Shown piece after piece: positions 27,681-39,440 of a stretch of DNA of 64,000 nt. Within the stretch, counting starts at the first letter, position 1. Every line of letters begins with the position of its first letter. The stretch comes from Sphyrna mokarran (lineage: Eukaryota): assembly GCA_024679065.1 (NCBI GenBank), contig JAGIQG010000001.1:120156001-120220000 (forward strand), given 5' to 3'. The notes beneath the pieces were generated by a model. The model searched no databases. It was not told the DNA's origin and saw only the letters and a program-made list of their open reading frames with translations. A program made the translations under genes and the position numbers.

Positions 27681-30679
27681 AATTGCTGGTCAACTTAATG
27701 GTCACTTATATTTTAAAAATAAGTTGCTATCATCAATCACTGCTTATCATACAGCATTTCATTTGACATGTGTGAAAACGACAACATCTTTTTGCTCATG
27801 CACCCTTGTCCCACATAACCAAAAATTGTTGCAGGATGCCAGGAATTCCAGAATCAGCTCTGTTTGCCATGTTTTTTGCAACCTACATCCATTCTGCCAT
27901 GGATGGAGACATGAAAATGGCTCAAGATGTTCAGGAAAGAAAGGAGTGAAAGAAAGGAGCTAAGGTGATAGTACAAGTCAAGGAGAATATTACAAGCTTA
28001 AGAGAAGGTATATCCTGGAGGGGGTCAAGGACACAATTTACTTGGATATATTTGAGAAACAATGAAGGTCCCACCACACTAATGAACGCCTCTGCTCCTA
28101 CCTGTGGTACAAGTACACCAGTTCCCTGTTGGTGGGGAGCAGTTGTAAATGCTGCAAGTAGAAGCTCTCCTGACTCAGTGAGTTAGACAGTAGTGGGCCT
28201 GGAGACTATCCTTCCAGGCCTGCTAATTGTATGGAAATAACTATTTCTGGTGCAGAGTTAATTACACAAAAAAACGGCACGGGAGTTCTGCTTTTTGCCC
28301 CCTACTGATGTCTCCCAGTCCACTACGCTACTCGAGCATGCCAGCATGCTGGGAGAAACCAGCCTTATCTTTGTTCCAAAATAAATCACATATATCCCAA
28401 TCTTTATTTTGCTTTCTGTTAAATTATACCAACTAAATGATAAATTTGTTTGTCAGTTTGTGATTTCCTGTCCAAGAAAATACTTCAACATGATTAGCTG
28501 CTTGGACTGCCTGATGACATCACTGCTGTTGTATACCAGATCTCCTATAGCAGACTCCAGAAAGATATTTGGTGGTGGCTTTTTTTTTTGAGTACTTTCA
28601 CTTTACAGCTGACCTAAAAGATCAAGATGTGTTAACTTCTATGTCAGTATCATGCATCACTGTAATAAACATTACTTCATTTTTTAATAATTAAGACAGA
28701 ATCAATAACAATGATAATAATGATATGGTTCTAAAATTTAAATATTAAGATATATATGATCATATAGGTTATTGAGATCAAACATTTGATAACAATCAGT
28801 ATTTTCCAACTACACAAACTGTTCTAAATGATAAACCATTAAAGTGCTTTGTTTACTCTGTCAATCCCAATATTAACTCAGTGTGATCTGCAGGGAACTT
28901 GTCAATATTTTATCAGAAAGTAGTAATAAGTAAGATCATGCTGTATTGTAAAAATTCCCTACAAAAATTAAAAATGCATTGAGCATTGATACAAATATAC
29001 AACTGCACAACACAACTTATTCTCATCAGCTGATGAAAGAGGAGAAATAGATAACAGATGTTTACAATTCCTTTAGTCAAAAAGCTGAAAGGACATTGTG
29101 TTACTAAATTATTTCCATTACAATCTACTAATCAGCATTTGATTGTAAAAGTACTCATGGTGCAGAAGCAAGTTACTTCAGTTATAGTGAAAAGGCTTTT
29201 TGTAATTGGAAAAGACAGCTGTTTTCAATCTAAAGTTTTCCTTTCCTCGTCCTTTTTTTTTTCATTATGATCTAGTCTACTCAGTAGAAGAAACTTCCAT
29301 TTCTTTTTCATCAGAAAACACTTCTGGAAATCCCTAATTTTTTTTTTCATTTTCTGGGACATGAGCATCAACAATTATTGTCCTTCCCTAACTGCCCTCC
29401 ATTTGAGACAGAATTTTAAAGCCAACCATATTGGTGTGCATCTAGAGTCACAAGTAGGCCAGGCCAGGTAAGGATGACAGGTTTCTTTCCAAAAAGGACA
29501 TGAGTTTTTTTATGACAATCAGCAATGTTTTAATGGTCATCATTTGACTTAAGGGTTTCATTCTGCTACTGCCACTAATTTACCCATGGTAGGGAAAGGC
29601 ACAGGCTAGGCAGATAACACAGCAGTGTCCACTGTTGTTGGGCAAAAAGGAAGGACCTTCTTTTGTGGAGAGGAGAGAGGAAGGGGACAATACCCTCTCC
29701 CCAAATTAACCTCCTCCCTCCCCTTTAACCTTTCTCACCTCCCCCCAGCCTTGGGCCACTCAATCTCAGCCCCTCACTCCCCTATACTCTCCTTGATAGG
29801 GTTTGCCAGGTTTATCCATCAGAAACCCCAGACACACCAGGCTCCATTACTTCTTGGGCAATGCTTGTAGCCCCCTCATTGGCCACTGCTTGAACTTGGA
29901 GCAGCTGGGACTATAAAGCTACCGGCCACTCCGATTGACTGGAAGCTCTCCAAGCAGGACTTCCTTCAAGAATGGAGCAAAAATCTCACCCTGAAAAAAA
30001 TTAAAGCTGCTCCCAGCATAAAATGGCTGTGGAACAGATGGCTTGCTGGTGAACAACCCCAACGGTGATGACCAACTTTTCAGTCACTTTAGTTGGTGAT
30101 GGGAGTGGCCCATAAAATCCAACCCCTCTTTTTTGAATGGGAAAGAGTCACTAACAATTGTTTCCCCAATTTAAACAATTGAAATTTCTTTGGAAATCCT
30201 TCAGGTACCCCTAGATCTCTTTAACTCTCTAATCTCCTCCTTCTGCATTGTAGTGATTTTATAGTTGTATGGGTAGGATTTTTCAACTTCCTTGTGCTGT
30301 GTTTTGCAGTGGTGGCCCTTGATGGGTGGCAGCGGGATCTTCCAGTCCTACCGCTGTCAATGAATTTTCCTTTTGTTTTCACCCTTTGCTGTCAGGGAAG
30401 CTGCAACAGTGTGGCGGGGGCAGGTGGGGAGTGTCAACGTCAGCAGAACTGGAAGATCCTACTGGCGGGAACAGCTGGAAAATTTCAGTATGATTTCTAT
30501 GTTAGTAAAGAAACCTTCATAATGATGCTAATTGCAATTATATATACATACTGCGCCAATGGGAATGTGGTAACTTAATATTTGACACAGATTGTAGGTT
30601 CTATCTAGATTTGTGAAAGGTGTGAAGCATAATTCTTACACAAGAAGAGATGCTGAGATTGTTTTTAGATGTGTCACAA

Positions 30680-31190
30680 ATTTGATTGAGTTATTTGAAG
30701 GAGTAACCAAGAAGGTAGCTGAGGACAGTGCAGTTGATGTTCTCTAAATGGACTTCAGCAACACCTTTGACAAGGTACCACATGGTAGTTTGTTCCATAA
30801 GGTCAAATCTCACGGGATCCAGGAGGAAATAGCTAAATAGATACAAAATTGGCTTCTTGACAGAAGCTAGAGGGTGATTGTAAAGGGTTGTTTTTCAAAC
30901 TGAAGAATCAGTGCTAGGTCCACTGTTATTTGTCATTTACATTAATAATATGGATGAGAACAATGGAGGCATGGTTAGTAAGTTTGCAGATGACACTAAG
31001 ACTGGTGGCACAGTGGACAATGAAGAAAGTTATCTCCAATTACAACAGGATCTTGATCAATTGGGCCAGTGGCTGACAAATGGCAGATGGAGTTTAATTT
31101 ATACAAATGTAAGGTGATGCATTTTGGTGGATTGAACCACAGCAGGACTTACTCAGTTGATGGTAAGTTGTTGGGGAGAATTACAGAGTT
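30680..31190 (+). mobile_element. CR1-type LINE RT fragment
   Basis: LGPLLFVIYINNMDE...SKFADDTK motif, with upstream DFSNTFDKVPH. Confidence 0.88.
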
Positions 31191-31479
31191 ACACACGGTT
31201 GCAGCTTCCCTGACAGCAAAGGGTGAAAACAAAAGGGAAATTCATTGAAAGCGGGAGGACTGGAAGATCCCGCTGCCAACCAATCAAGGGCCGGCACTGC
31301 AAAACACAGTGTAGGGAGGTTGAAAAATCCTACCCAAACAACCATAAAATCCCTACAATGCAGAAGGAGGAGATTAGGCCCCTTGAATCTACAGCAATTC
31401 TCTGAAATAGCACCTTACTCAGGCCCAAATCTGCCCCTTCCCCCCACAATCTCGAGTCCCCGCCTCACAATTAGCCTGT

Positions 31480-31742
31480 CTCCATAACCCTGTATGTTTG
31501 CAATGACTAATCCACATAACCTACACATTTCTGGACACCATGAGGCAATTTGGCTTGGTCAATCCACTTAAACTACATATCTTTAGACTGTGGGAGGAAA
31601 CTGGAGCAAGCACCAAGAAAAACACATGCAGGCACAGGGAGATACTGCAAACTCTACACAGAATTCACCCAAAGCCATATTGAAACTGTTATGAAGCCAT
31701 GCTGTGAGGCAGCAATGCTAATCACTGTGCCACAGTGCTGTC
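31480..31742 (-). mobile_element. HE1/V-SINE-like SINE
   Basis: Contains the V-domain-like string GACTGTGGGAGGAAACTGGAG..CA..GAAAAACACATGCAG.CACAGGGAGA..TGCAAACT and ends at TGCTAATCACTGTGCCAC. Confidence 0.75.
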
Positions 31743-31799
31743 CCTTGTTTTCAATCAGATGAGGAGTGGAGTGATGGCTCCTCTGTTTTCTCACTCCTG

Positions 31800-31905
31800 G
31801 ATGGAATTTTACAGCCCCTCCTGTGACAGAATTTCATATTCCCATTGAACTCAATGAAATTTTAAATGGCTCACCACATTTTACAGCCCTGCATAAAATT
31901 CCATG
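31800..31905. mobile_element. Short MITE
   Basis: Inverted ends TGGAATTTTA and TAAAATTCCA with a central quasi-palindrome CCATTGAACTCAATG. Confidence 0.55.
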
Positions 31906-32512
31906 CCTAGTTTCTCTGCAAGTTTCTTAAAAAGAGGATATGCTTGCCAATTTAGTAAGTGTTTACATGCTGTGACTATAAAAGATACATGCAGACAGGT
32001 TTTTTATTGTGCATAACCTGGCCAAAGAAAATAATAAAAAAATGCTCCAACTTCCACAGACACGTTCAAAGTTCACATTCTAACAAATAAATTGCAGAGT
32101 GAGAGGATTGTTTAAGCAATTTAAAGTCCGGTAAAAGTTTAAGGGATAAATACAGTTCATAAAGGATAGTGACTGGACTGGTTTCATGGTGGCCCTCCTG
32201 GGTAGGAATGGAGGTAGTTTAAAATTTAATGGGCTATTTTATCTGTTTTTCTGAAGGTAGCAGATGCAGAATATAACTTTTTAAAAGTCTGTTTGTGCAA
32301 CATGGAGAGTCAAAATACAGCAGAGTTCAAAACTTGCACATGTTTGGAGAGAGAAAAACCAACACAGAGATCTTGCTTCTTCAGCATTTCATATGCCTAT
32401 GTGAAGAAAATAGGTGCTCAGATACACAAAAAGTGACCTCCTTTCTCCGACTTCCTAATTACTCGAAAAATGGTAATAGCATAATGGATTACAGGTGTAT
32501 GGTTTTCATGAT

Positions 32513-32566
32513 TGTCTAGCCAAATTCATGATGTCTAGCCAAATTCATGATGTCTAGCCAAATTCA
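32513..32566. repeat. Tandem repeat, 19-bp unit x about 2.8
   Basis: TGTCTAGCCAAATTCATGA repeated exactly at 32513 and 32532, partial at 32551. Confidence 0.95.
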
Positions 32567-33394
32567 CTTGAAAGTCAAAGCCCAAGTGATAGTGGTTTGT
32601 CTCCATCCAGTTGAGTATTCAAGTGATTGTCTGGATGTTTTGCCAGCAGGATTGGAGATGATTGCCATTCATACTCCTTCAAGGAATTGTTTCTGGATAC
32701 TTTGCAAATTAATTTTCTCCTTTTCAATGGCTTTGGAATGCAGACGATAGCATAATGTGGATGTTCAGCTATCTTTGGCTGTCCATGGAAAATGGTGTCA
32801 GCCTTTTTTTTTAAACCTATTAGTGACATCCAGCCCATAAATTCTTTTTTATAAAGCATGGCTTCATAACAGTTTCAACATTCATGATAGTTTAAATCAA
32901 AATAATGGGCAACATATTTTTCTAACAAGCTAATTTGTCTACAAAGTTTGAAATTCCATGTGCTCCAATGAACTACAAAAGGATATCATGTCGATAATAC
33001 ATATATATGTTAAAGTCTGCGCTCATCTCAGCAAAATTAAAAACTAACCTCGAAGTGGAACAATTAATGAGCAACTAATCCTTACGCCATTGCCTTTGAA
33101 TCCAATCACAAGTCCATCCTGTGTGAGAGTTGCCAGGCTTCAAAATATACATTGAATATCTTTGTATTATCAAATATCATAAACATTATATGCCAAACTT
33201 GGTTCTTATTTGTAAACATATTTTTAAATTGTTTTACTGCAAACTCCTCTCTGGCTTTTGCACTGAACTACACTGAAGCATAGGTATCATTAACTGAGTA
33301 AGTAGACAAGTCAATTCTAATTCTACTAATAACATGGGCAAGAAAAATTTCATATATAAACAATGCATACTTTATATAATTTATTAAGGCATTT

Positions 33395-33505
33395 AAATGC
33401 CTCATTATAACAGTGACTAACTTCAAAAAGTGTTGAATTGGCTGTAAAGTGCAATGGAATATCCAGTGGTCATGAAAGTCACTACATAAATATGTATTTC
33501 TTCCA
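33395..33505 (+). mobile_element. SacSINE1/L2-type 3' tail
   Basis: ACAGTGACT..CTTCAAAA...ATTGGCTGTAAAGTGC...GAAAG.CACTACATAAAT pattern, similar to the L2 tail at about 53.05 kb. Confidence 0.6.
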
Positions 33506-35399
33506 TTCCCAGATAGAAGCATTCTAGAATAAGGTCTGTTATGACGATTTTTAGTTTTGTATTTCTTCTTCCATACACTAACAGTCCGCTACTCATTTAA
33601 GTGCCTTTAGTGGCACTTTTTACTACGATGCTACTGTTGGTCAAAAGAAAACCGTTTCAATCAGAGCCCAAGATCCTATTAATATTTTAACAAATCTAAA
33701 CTCAAATCTAACAGAGGAAACTATTTGTAAGTTTTTTTTGTCACAGTATTTTTGAATAAAAAGATCAAAAAAACCATTGGATATTATTGCAGCATTAAGG
33801 TGAAATCCATTTAGTCTTTTCTTGATTTTTGGGCCAGCACAGGCATGATCTTCTATAATGTACAATTCTATCATTTGAATTCTATCCATTCATCATTGAT
33901 TCTCAATGATTTTTGTCTAGGTTTCTCTATTTTTATGTACTTTTTGTAGTTTATAACTCATTGTAGTTATTTAGCTGAACTACAAATGTCCTGTTTCATA
34001 TGTTTCTTTCCCATTATTCATGTTCTTTATCTATTTTCATTAAGGTGAAATCTGCTTGTTCACATACTTTTCTGCCTAAATTCTAACTTATGATTTCCTC
34101 TGCTACACTGTTTTATTTATTTTTTTCCTCCTTCCCCTCTCATATAAAGATCTAACAAGGATAGCAAGAAGTAAAGATTATAGTCAAAGGAAGACCACTT
34201 AAGAGTTTAAAATATTAAGAACAGTACTGATAGAGGTAAGTGCAAAACATATGGAACAAAGAGTCTTGGGTAGGGAATAAAACTAAAATGTACAGAAAAT
34301 ATTCAAAATGATGAGAAGACAGAGCAGTAGCAGAAGAAATAATGGGCACTGAATTATTTGAAGAAGCAGGAAATCAGAATGGACATAAATATTGAGTCAA
34401 AATAAGAATGAGATGGCAAACAATTGCAAGAAAGATTGGAGATGGAGGAGACCTGATATTAGATCCAACACAGTTCTATAACAGCATGATAACACAGAAC
34501 TTCTGTATGTTAGTAGTAGCAACAGCAACTGATTTGTTGCTTATTCCTATCAGAGTATTGTTTTACTTCAGAATTTTCCTTTCATGAAATACAGAGAAGA
34601 TGAAAAATTAATAATAAACATAAAAAGCTCTTATTTCTAATACCTATACTAACTTTTTCCTGCCAAATGTTTTAAACACAGATTATTTGACATTATTTGA
34701 TACAATGATATATAATTACAGACAGAATAAACTACCTAAAAGTCTTTATATGTCTCACCAAAAATGTAACTGATATTTCAATTTAACATTAAAAAGCTTA
34801 CTGTAAAATTGATGCTAGTTTCTCTTTTAAACCTATGTTGTTTAGATCTCTCTATGAACTTCAATTGTTGATACAAATCAAATAATTGCAGTTCAAACAA
34901 AATCATTGCCAGGCTTTGTTTGTATAATTTAAGCAATTTAAAGTTAGAAATTATTAACTGTTCCCAACAAATAAAAATAATTTTGCAGGTATTGGATACC
35001 CATATTTAAATAATACACCAGGGCTGACTGTCACTGCATATAATCATAGATCTTATGCTGTACATATCACATAAAATTGTGCAATGTGTTTTTACATCAT
35101 TGTTAACTTATGAATAGTCCCATTTAACTGATTTTCTATTCAGGTTTCCCATTCTTATTATGGACACTGAGGAGAATTTGGTCATTTGCAAGCAAAATTT
35201 GAAATATAGCTGAACAAAATGGAGGTCACAGACTTTTTTAGTGGTTGAGGCAAACTGGACTAGCAAAAAAAACACTACATGCAAATTTTTAAAATGCAAT
35301 ATTTGGAATCAATGGTGTACGTGCAATTTGAGTATTTTCCAATGCTTTTTGATTGCAGATGGGCTTAGATATCTCATTGCAACAAAGCAAATGGCATAA

Positions 35400-36725
35400 A
35401 GTCATAGAGTTGTACAGCATTGAAAAGGCCCTTTGGCCCATCGAGTCTGCAGCAACAATATCTAGCACTAAAGTCGCGCTTATCCCATTTTCCAGCACTT
35501 GTCCCATGTCCTTGAATGTAATAATGTTTTAAGTGCTCATCCAAAATGCTTATTATAGTTGTAGGGTTTCCAGCCTCCACTACCTTGCCAAACAGTGCAT
35601 TCCAAATTCTATCATCCTCAGAGTGAAAAAGATTTTTCTAAAATCCTCTGAAATCTCCTGTCTGTTATCCAAAAACAATGTCTCCTTGTGGTTGACCCTT
35701 TAACCAAGGGGAATAGCTGCTTCCTATTCACCCTGTCCATAAACTTATGCACCTCAATTATGTTTCCTCTCCCCACCCTCAGCTTTCTCTGCTCCAGAGA
35801 AAACAATCCACCCTATCCAGTCTCTCCTGATGGCTAAATGCTCCATCCCAGGCAACATCCTGTTGAATCTCCTTTGGACCTCCTTTAGCGCAATCACATC
35901 CTTCCTATAGTGAAGTGGCCAGAACTGCAAACAGTTCTCCAATTGTGACTAACTAACATTACGTACAGCTTCAGCATTACCTCCTAGCTCTTATACTGTA
36001 TGTCATTATTGATTAAAGTAAGAATCACAAATGCCATCTTAACCACCCCACTCACCTGCTCTGCTGCCTTCTTGCATCCGTGATTAAGTTCTTTATGATC
36101 CTTCTGAGCTTTCCAGTGTCCTGACATTCATTAAAACTCCCTTATCTTGTTACTTCTTCCAAAAGTGCATCCCTCACACTTATAATAGTTAATTACCATC
36201 TGCCACAGCTCTGCCCATCTGACCAACCCATCTATATCTTCCAGTATCCTACCACCTCCTTCTTCATTATTAACCACCCTTCCAATTCTGGTGTCATCTG
36301 TAAACTTGCTTATTATTACTCCCACATTATCATTTAAATGATTTATGTATATAACAAACAATAAAACTTGCAACACTGAATCTTGTGGTCTGCCACCAGA
36401 CACTGGCCCTCAATCACTCAAACAGTCTTCTACTACTATCCTTTATAGTTTTAGATCCATTTCACCAAGTTTCCTTGAACTCCATGTGTTTCAACCTTCT
36501 CAGTCAGTCTTTTACGTGGGATCTTGTCAAAGGTTTTGTGAAATCATTATAAACAACATCGACTGTACTTCACTCATCCACACTATCACGTCTTTGAAAA
36601 TTATTACAAATTTGTTAGGCATCACTTCCCTCTAACAAACCCATGCTTACAATGCCTAATTAGCCTATGCCTTTCCAAGTGACAATTAATTCTCTTCTTC
36701 AGAATTTTCTCCAATAATTTCCTAC
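35400..36725 (-). mobile_element. Degenerate CR1-type LINE RT fragment
   Basis: Minus ORFs GRPQDSVLQVLLFVIYIN...KFTDDTR, QFWPLHYRKDVIAL, FSLEQRKLR. Confidence 0.9.
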
Positions 36726-38379
36726 CAATGTCCTAGTTGTGCCTAGGGGCAGTCAGGCCATATGGAAATTGGAAGATTCCCCAGGTTTTCCTGTGAATTA
36801 TTCTTTTGTGTGGAAAATGCTATAGAATCAAAACTTAGAGAAAAATAGGTACCACGAATCATTCTTGTGTTGTATTGGGGAATTAATTCATTCCAATTGG
36901 GAGAACGAGCAATGAACAACAAATTGCAAAACTGTGACAAACTGGCTTACTTGAAAGACTCTGAGATTCTCACAGGAAAGGAACTTGATGAGGCCCAGAT
37001 TTTGCAGTTAATGATTAAATCCTGCTTATTGTTGTCTTTGAAGAAATCAGCTCATGAAGATCTAGCAAGCTCTAAAGATTTCATCTTTCCAAGTGTTAGC
37101 TTCATTCTGCTGCCAGCTACAAGGAATTTAGTTGTCTAGCAACAGTGATCTCATGAAGCAGGATAAGCAGCCAATCACAATTAAGAATTCCCATGGATAG
37201 CAAGCCAGCAAGCAGAAAGCAGGATTATCATTTACATTTTAAAATTTTATAGGAAGCAGAATAATATACAATTAAGGTTAAGGCTGAAGTATCAGACAAT
37301 TATTAATTATTTCAATAATCCATGAAATTTATCATGGAATAGAGAATTCTTTTCATTTTGCAATATGAAATTAGATTTTTAAAGGCCAAATGCTGCTCAA
37401 CAGAAATTATCATTGATTAGACCACTAAAACCCAATTACACACAATAAGAATAACACCATGAAGTGGAAATTTAGATCTATTCAGTGATTTTGAATTGAT
37501 TTCAATCTGTCAACAGCATACACTGTGATGTAGTCGGGAATCACTCAGAATTGGTATGTCAAGCAACAGGAGTGAAGAACTTAGAGTCTGAATTTAAGAG
37601 TAGAATTCAAAATGTTATCAAAGAAAGTGATTTTTGATAAGTTTTTGCAAGTACGGAAAAAGGATAACAAGTGCAGTGGTAGAGACACTACAATGGTTCA
37701 AGAAAATCAGGTTAAAATGGATGAAGGTTCTCCAATTGTTGGTGGAATCAGGCATTTGGAAAGCAAAGTCCCCATTCTCTGGAAATAACTGAGATAGTAA
37801 AGGTGTGATTTAAGGCACAGAATGAATAGAAAAGATTATTTACAGTTTCATTTGGAATTACTCAGACAACTTTGAACTACACGGTGTAAGGTGATCAGAT
37901 GCCAGAATATTTTTCCAATGGCTTTGAAAAAGGCTGGAGTTAGACCAAATGTAGAGCAGACTCCCAATCGTGTTTTCTGATGCTGATCACATGCATTTAC
38001 TAGAGTCAAATCCTCAATGTGATTTATGCTGACACTTTTATGTTGATGCTCACCTGAATCTCGTTCACTTCAACGCAGGGATCAGAGCATAATAGCATCC
38101 TTACACATACAATCTCCCCCTGTGCTTTCCCAAGCGTACTATACAAGCCTACTTTTTGACTCGCAGCTGTCATGTATGCAATGAGTAGCTCCTGGGGGGG
38201 GGGGGGGGGGAGTCATGTAAACTATAAAACAAAGTGTTGCAAGAAGCATTTCTACAGTTTGGAGGACTTGCCTGCCACATCCAGGTGTCGCAGGGCGCTG
38301 CCATTCTGAGATACAAACTTGTCCAAAAAAATGGTATTGTATTCGGAGGGCGCTCATCCCCAAACCCTTGAGGAAGAAA

Positions 38380-38620
38380 CCAGGCGTCTCCAAAAGTAGT
38401 GGAGAGGAAAAGCAATGGGTCATTTTACCTCAAAGATCGATGGAAACGCGACTCTTTCTGATCACCGCGCTGGCGGTTATTGATGGAGACTGCGGAGGGA
38501 TAACTTCCCGCGCGGAAACCCGCCGGTGATTGTTGTCAGTCACGTGCTGGGCCGCTTCCGGCCAGACTGATCCCAGAAAATGGCGCCAAAATGGGCTTGT
38601 GGGGCTGAAGTTAAATCCTT
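38380..38620. promoter_or_regulatory. CpG-rich promoter-like element (E2F, E-box, ETS, YY1 motifs)
   Basis: TTCCCGCGCGGAAA 38505-38518, GTCACGTG 38539-38546, CTTCCGG 38555-38561, AAAATGGCG 38577-38585 overlapping minus-strand TTTGGCGC; minus-strand donor GAG|GTAAAA at 38428. Confidence 0.65.
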
Positions 38621-39149
38621 CACAATGCAAACAGAATCAATGTGCACAGAACTCCATCTCCATGATTGCTAAGCTTTATAACTATGGATGGATGGATGAT
38701 CTGAGAAATGTTACCAGTCATCCCAGCTGAGTCCTGATGGACCAATAGCCAACTTGCATCTATCGGAAGACGCTATGTGGAAACACAATGTGTCATTAAC
38801 AGACTGAAACGTAAACATAGTACCTTGCAATGGAATAACCAAAGTCGTGCAACATAAATCCGTTTCACGAAAACCTAATCCAAGGCGTAGCCTCTGAAAC
38901 CATTTAATTCCGCTGGTGAATTGTCCTATCAATGATGAAGTCCGACACCATTTGCTGTCCAACCGTTATAGAGACTGTTGATACATCAGCAATGTAGTAC
39001 TCAATTATTTGCTATTACTCCTAACCGCAATATTGGCTTCAAACATAGTAAGGGACCAAAAAGACTTGGGTCTTTCACCGTTTGAGAACATCCCGAAGTT
39101 TTGTAGCATAAGTACTTTAGAATTGTGGTCACTGCTGTGCTGTGCCACA

Positions 39150-39440
39150 ATAACAAGGAGCCATAAACAAAAATGTGATCATCTGTCTCTGTGCATTTGA
39201 TTACGAGATAAATATTGGCCAGAACATAAGAGATAACTTCTACTCTTCTGTGAAATGATGTCGTGGGGTATTTTTCACGTATCTTCGATGGGAGATGGGA
39301 AATTGATTTAACATCTCACTCAAGTCCCTTTGACAATGCAGCACTCCCTCGGTTCTGCACGGGAGATTTTTATTTTACATCCAAGTCCTAAAATTATGTT
39401 TGAATCCACATCCCGCTAATTCAGAGGCACGAATGCGACC
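39150..39440 (-). mobile_element. SacSINE1/DeuSINE-like SINE
   Basis: GATAAATATTGGCCAG and GACAATGCAGCACTCCCTCGGT.CTGCAC segments plus a degenerate tRNA head; homologous to 16870-17045. Confidence 0.65.

Noticed and set aside
32513-32566. Direct repeats as a possible CRISPR array
   Set aside because: Head-to-tail units with no spacers in a vertebrate genome; simple tandem duplication.
38184-38201. Poly-G run (similar C runs near 27020, 40466 and 48022)
   Set aside because: Homopolymer microsatellites; a G-quadruplex role cannot be supported from sequence.
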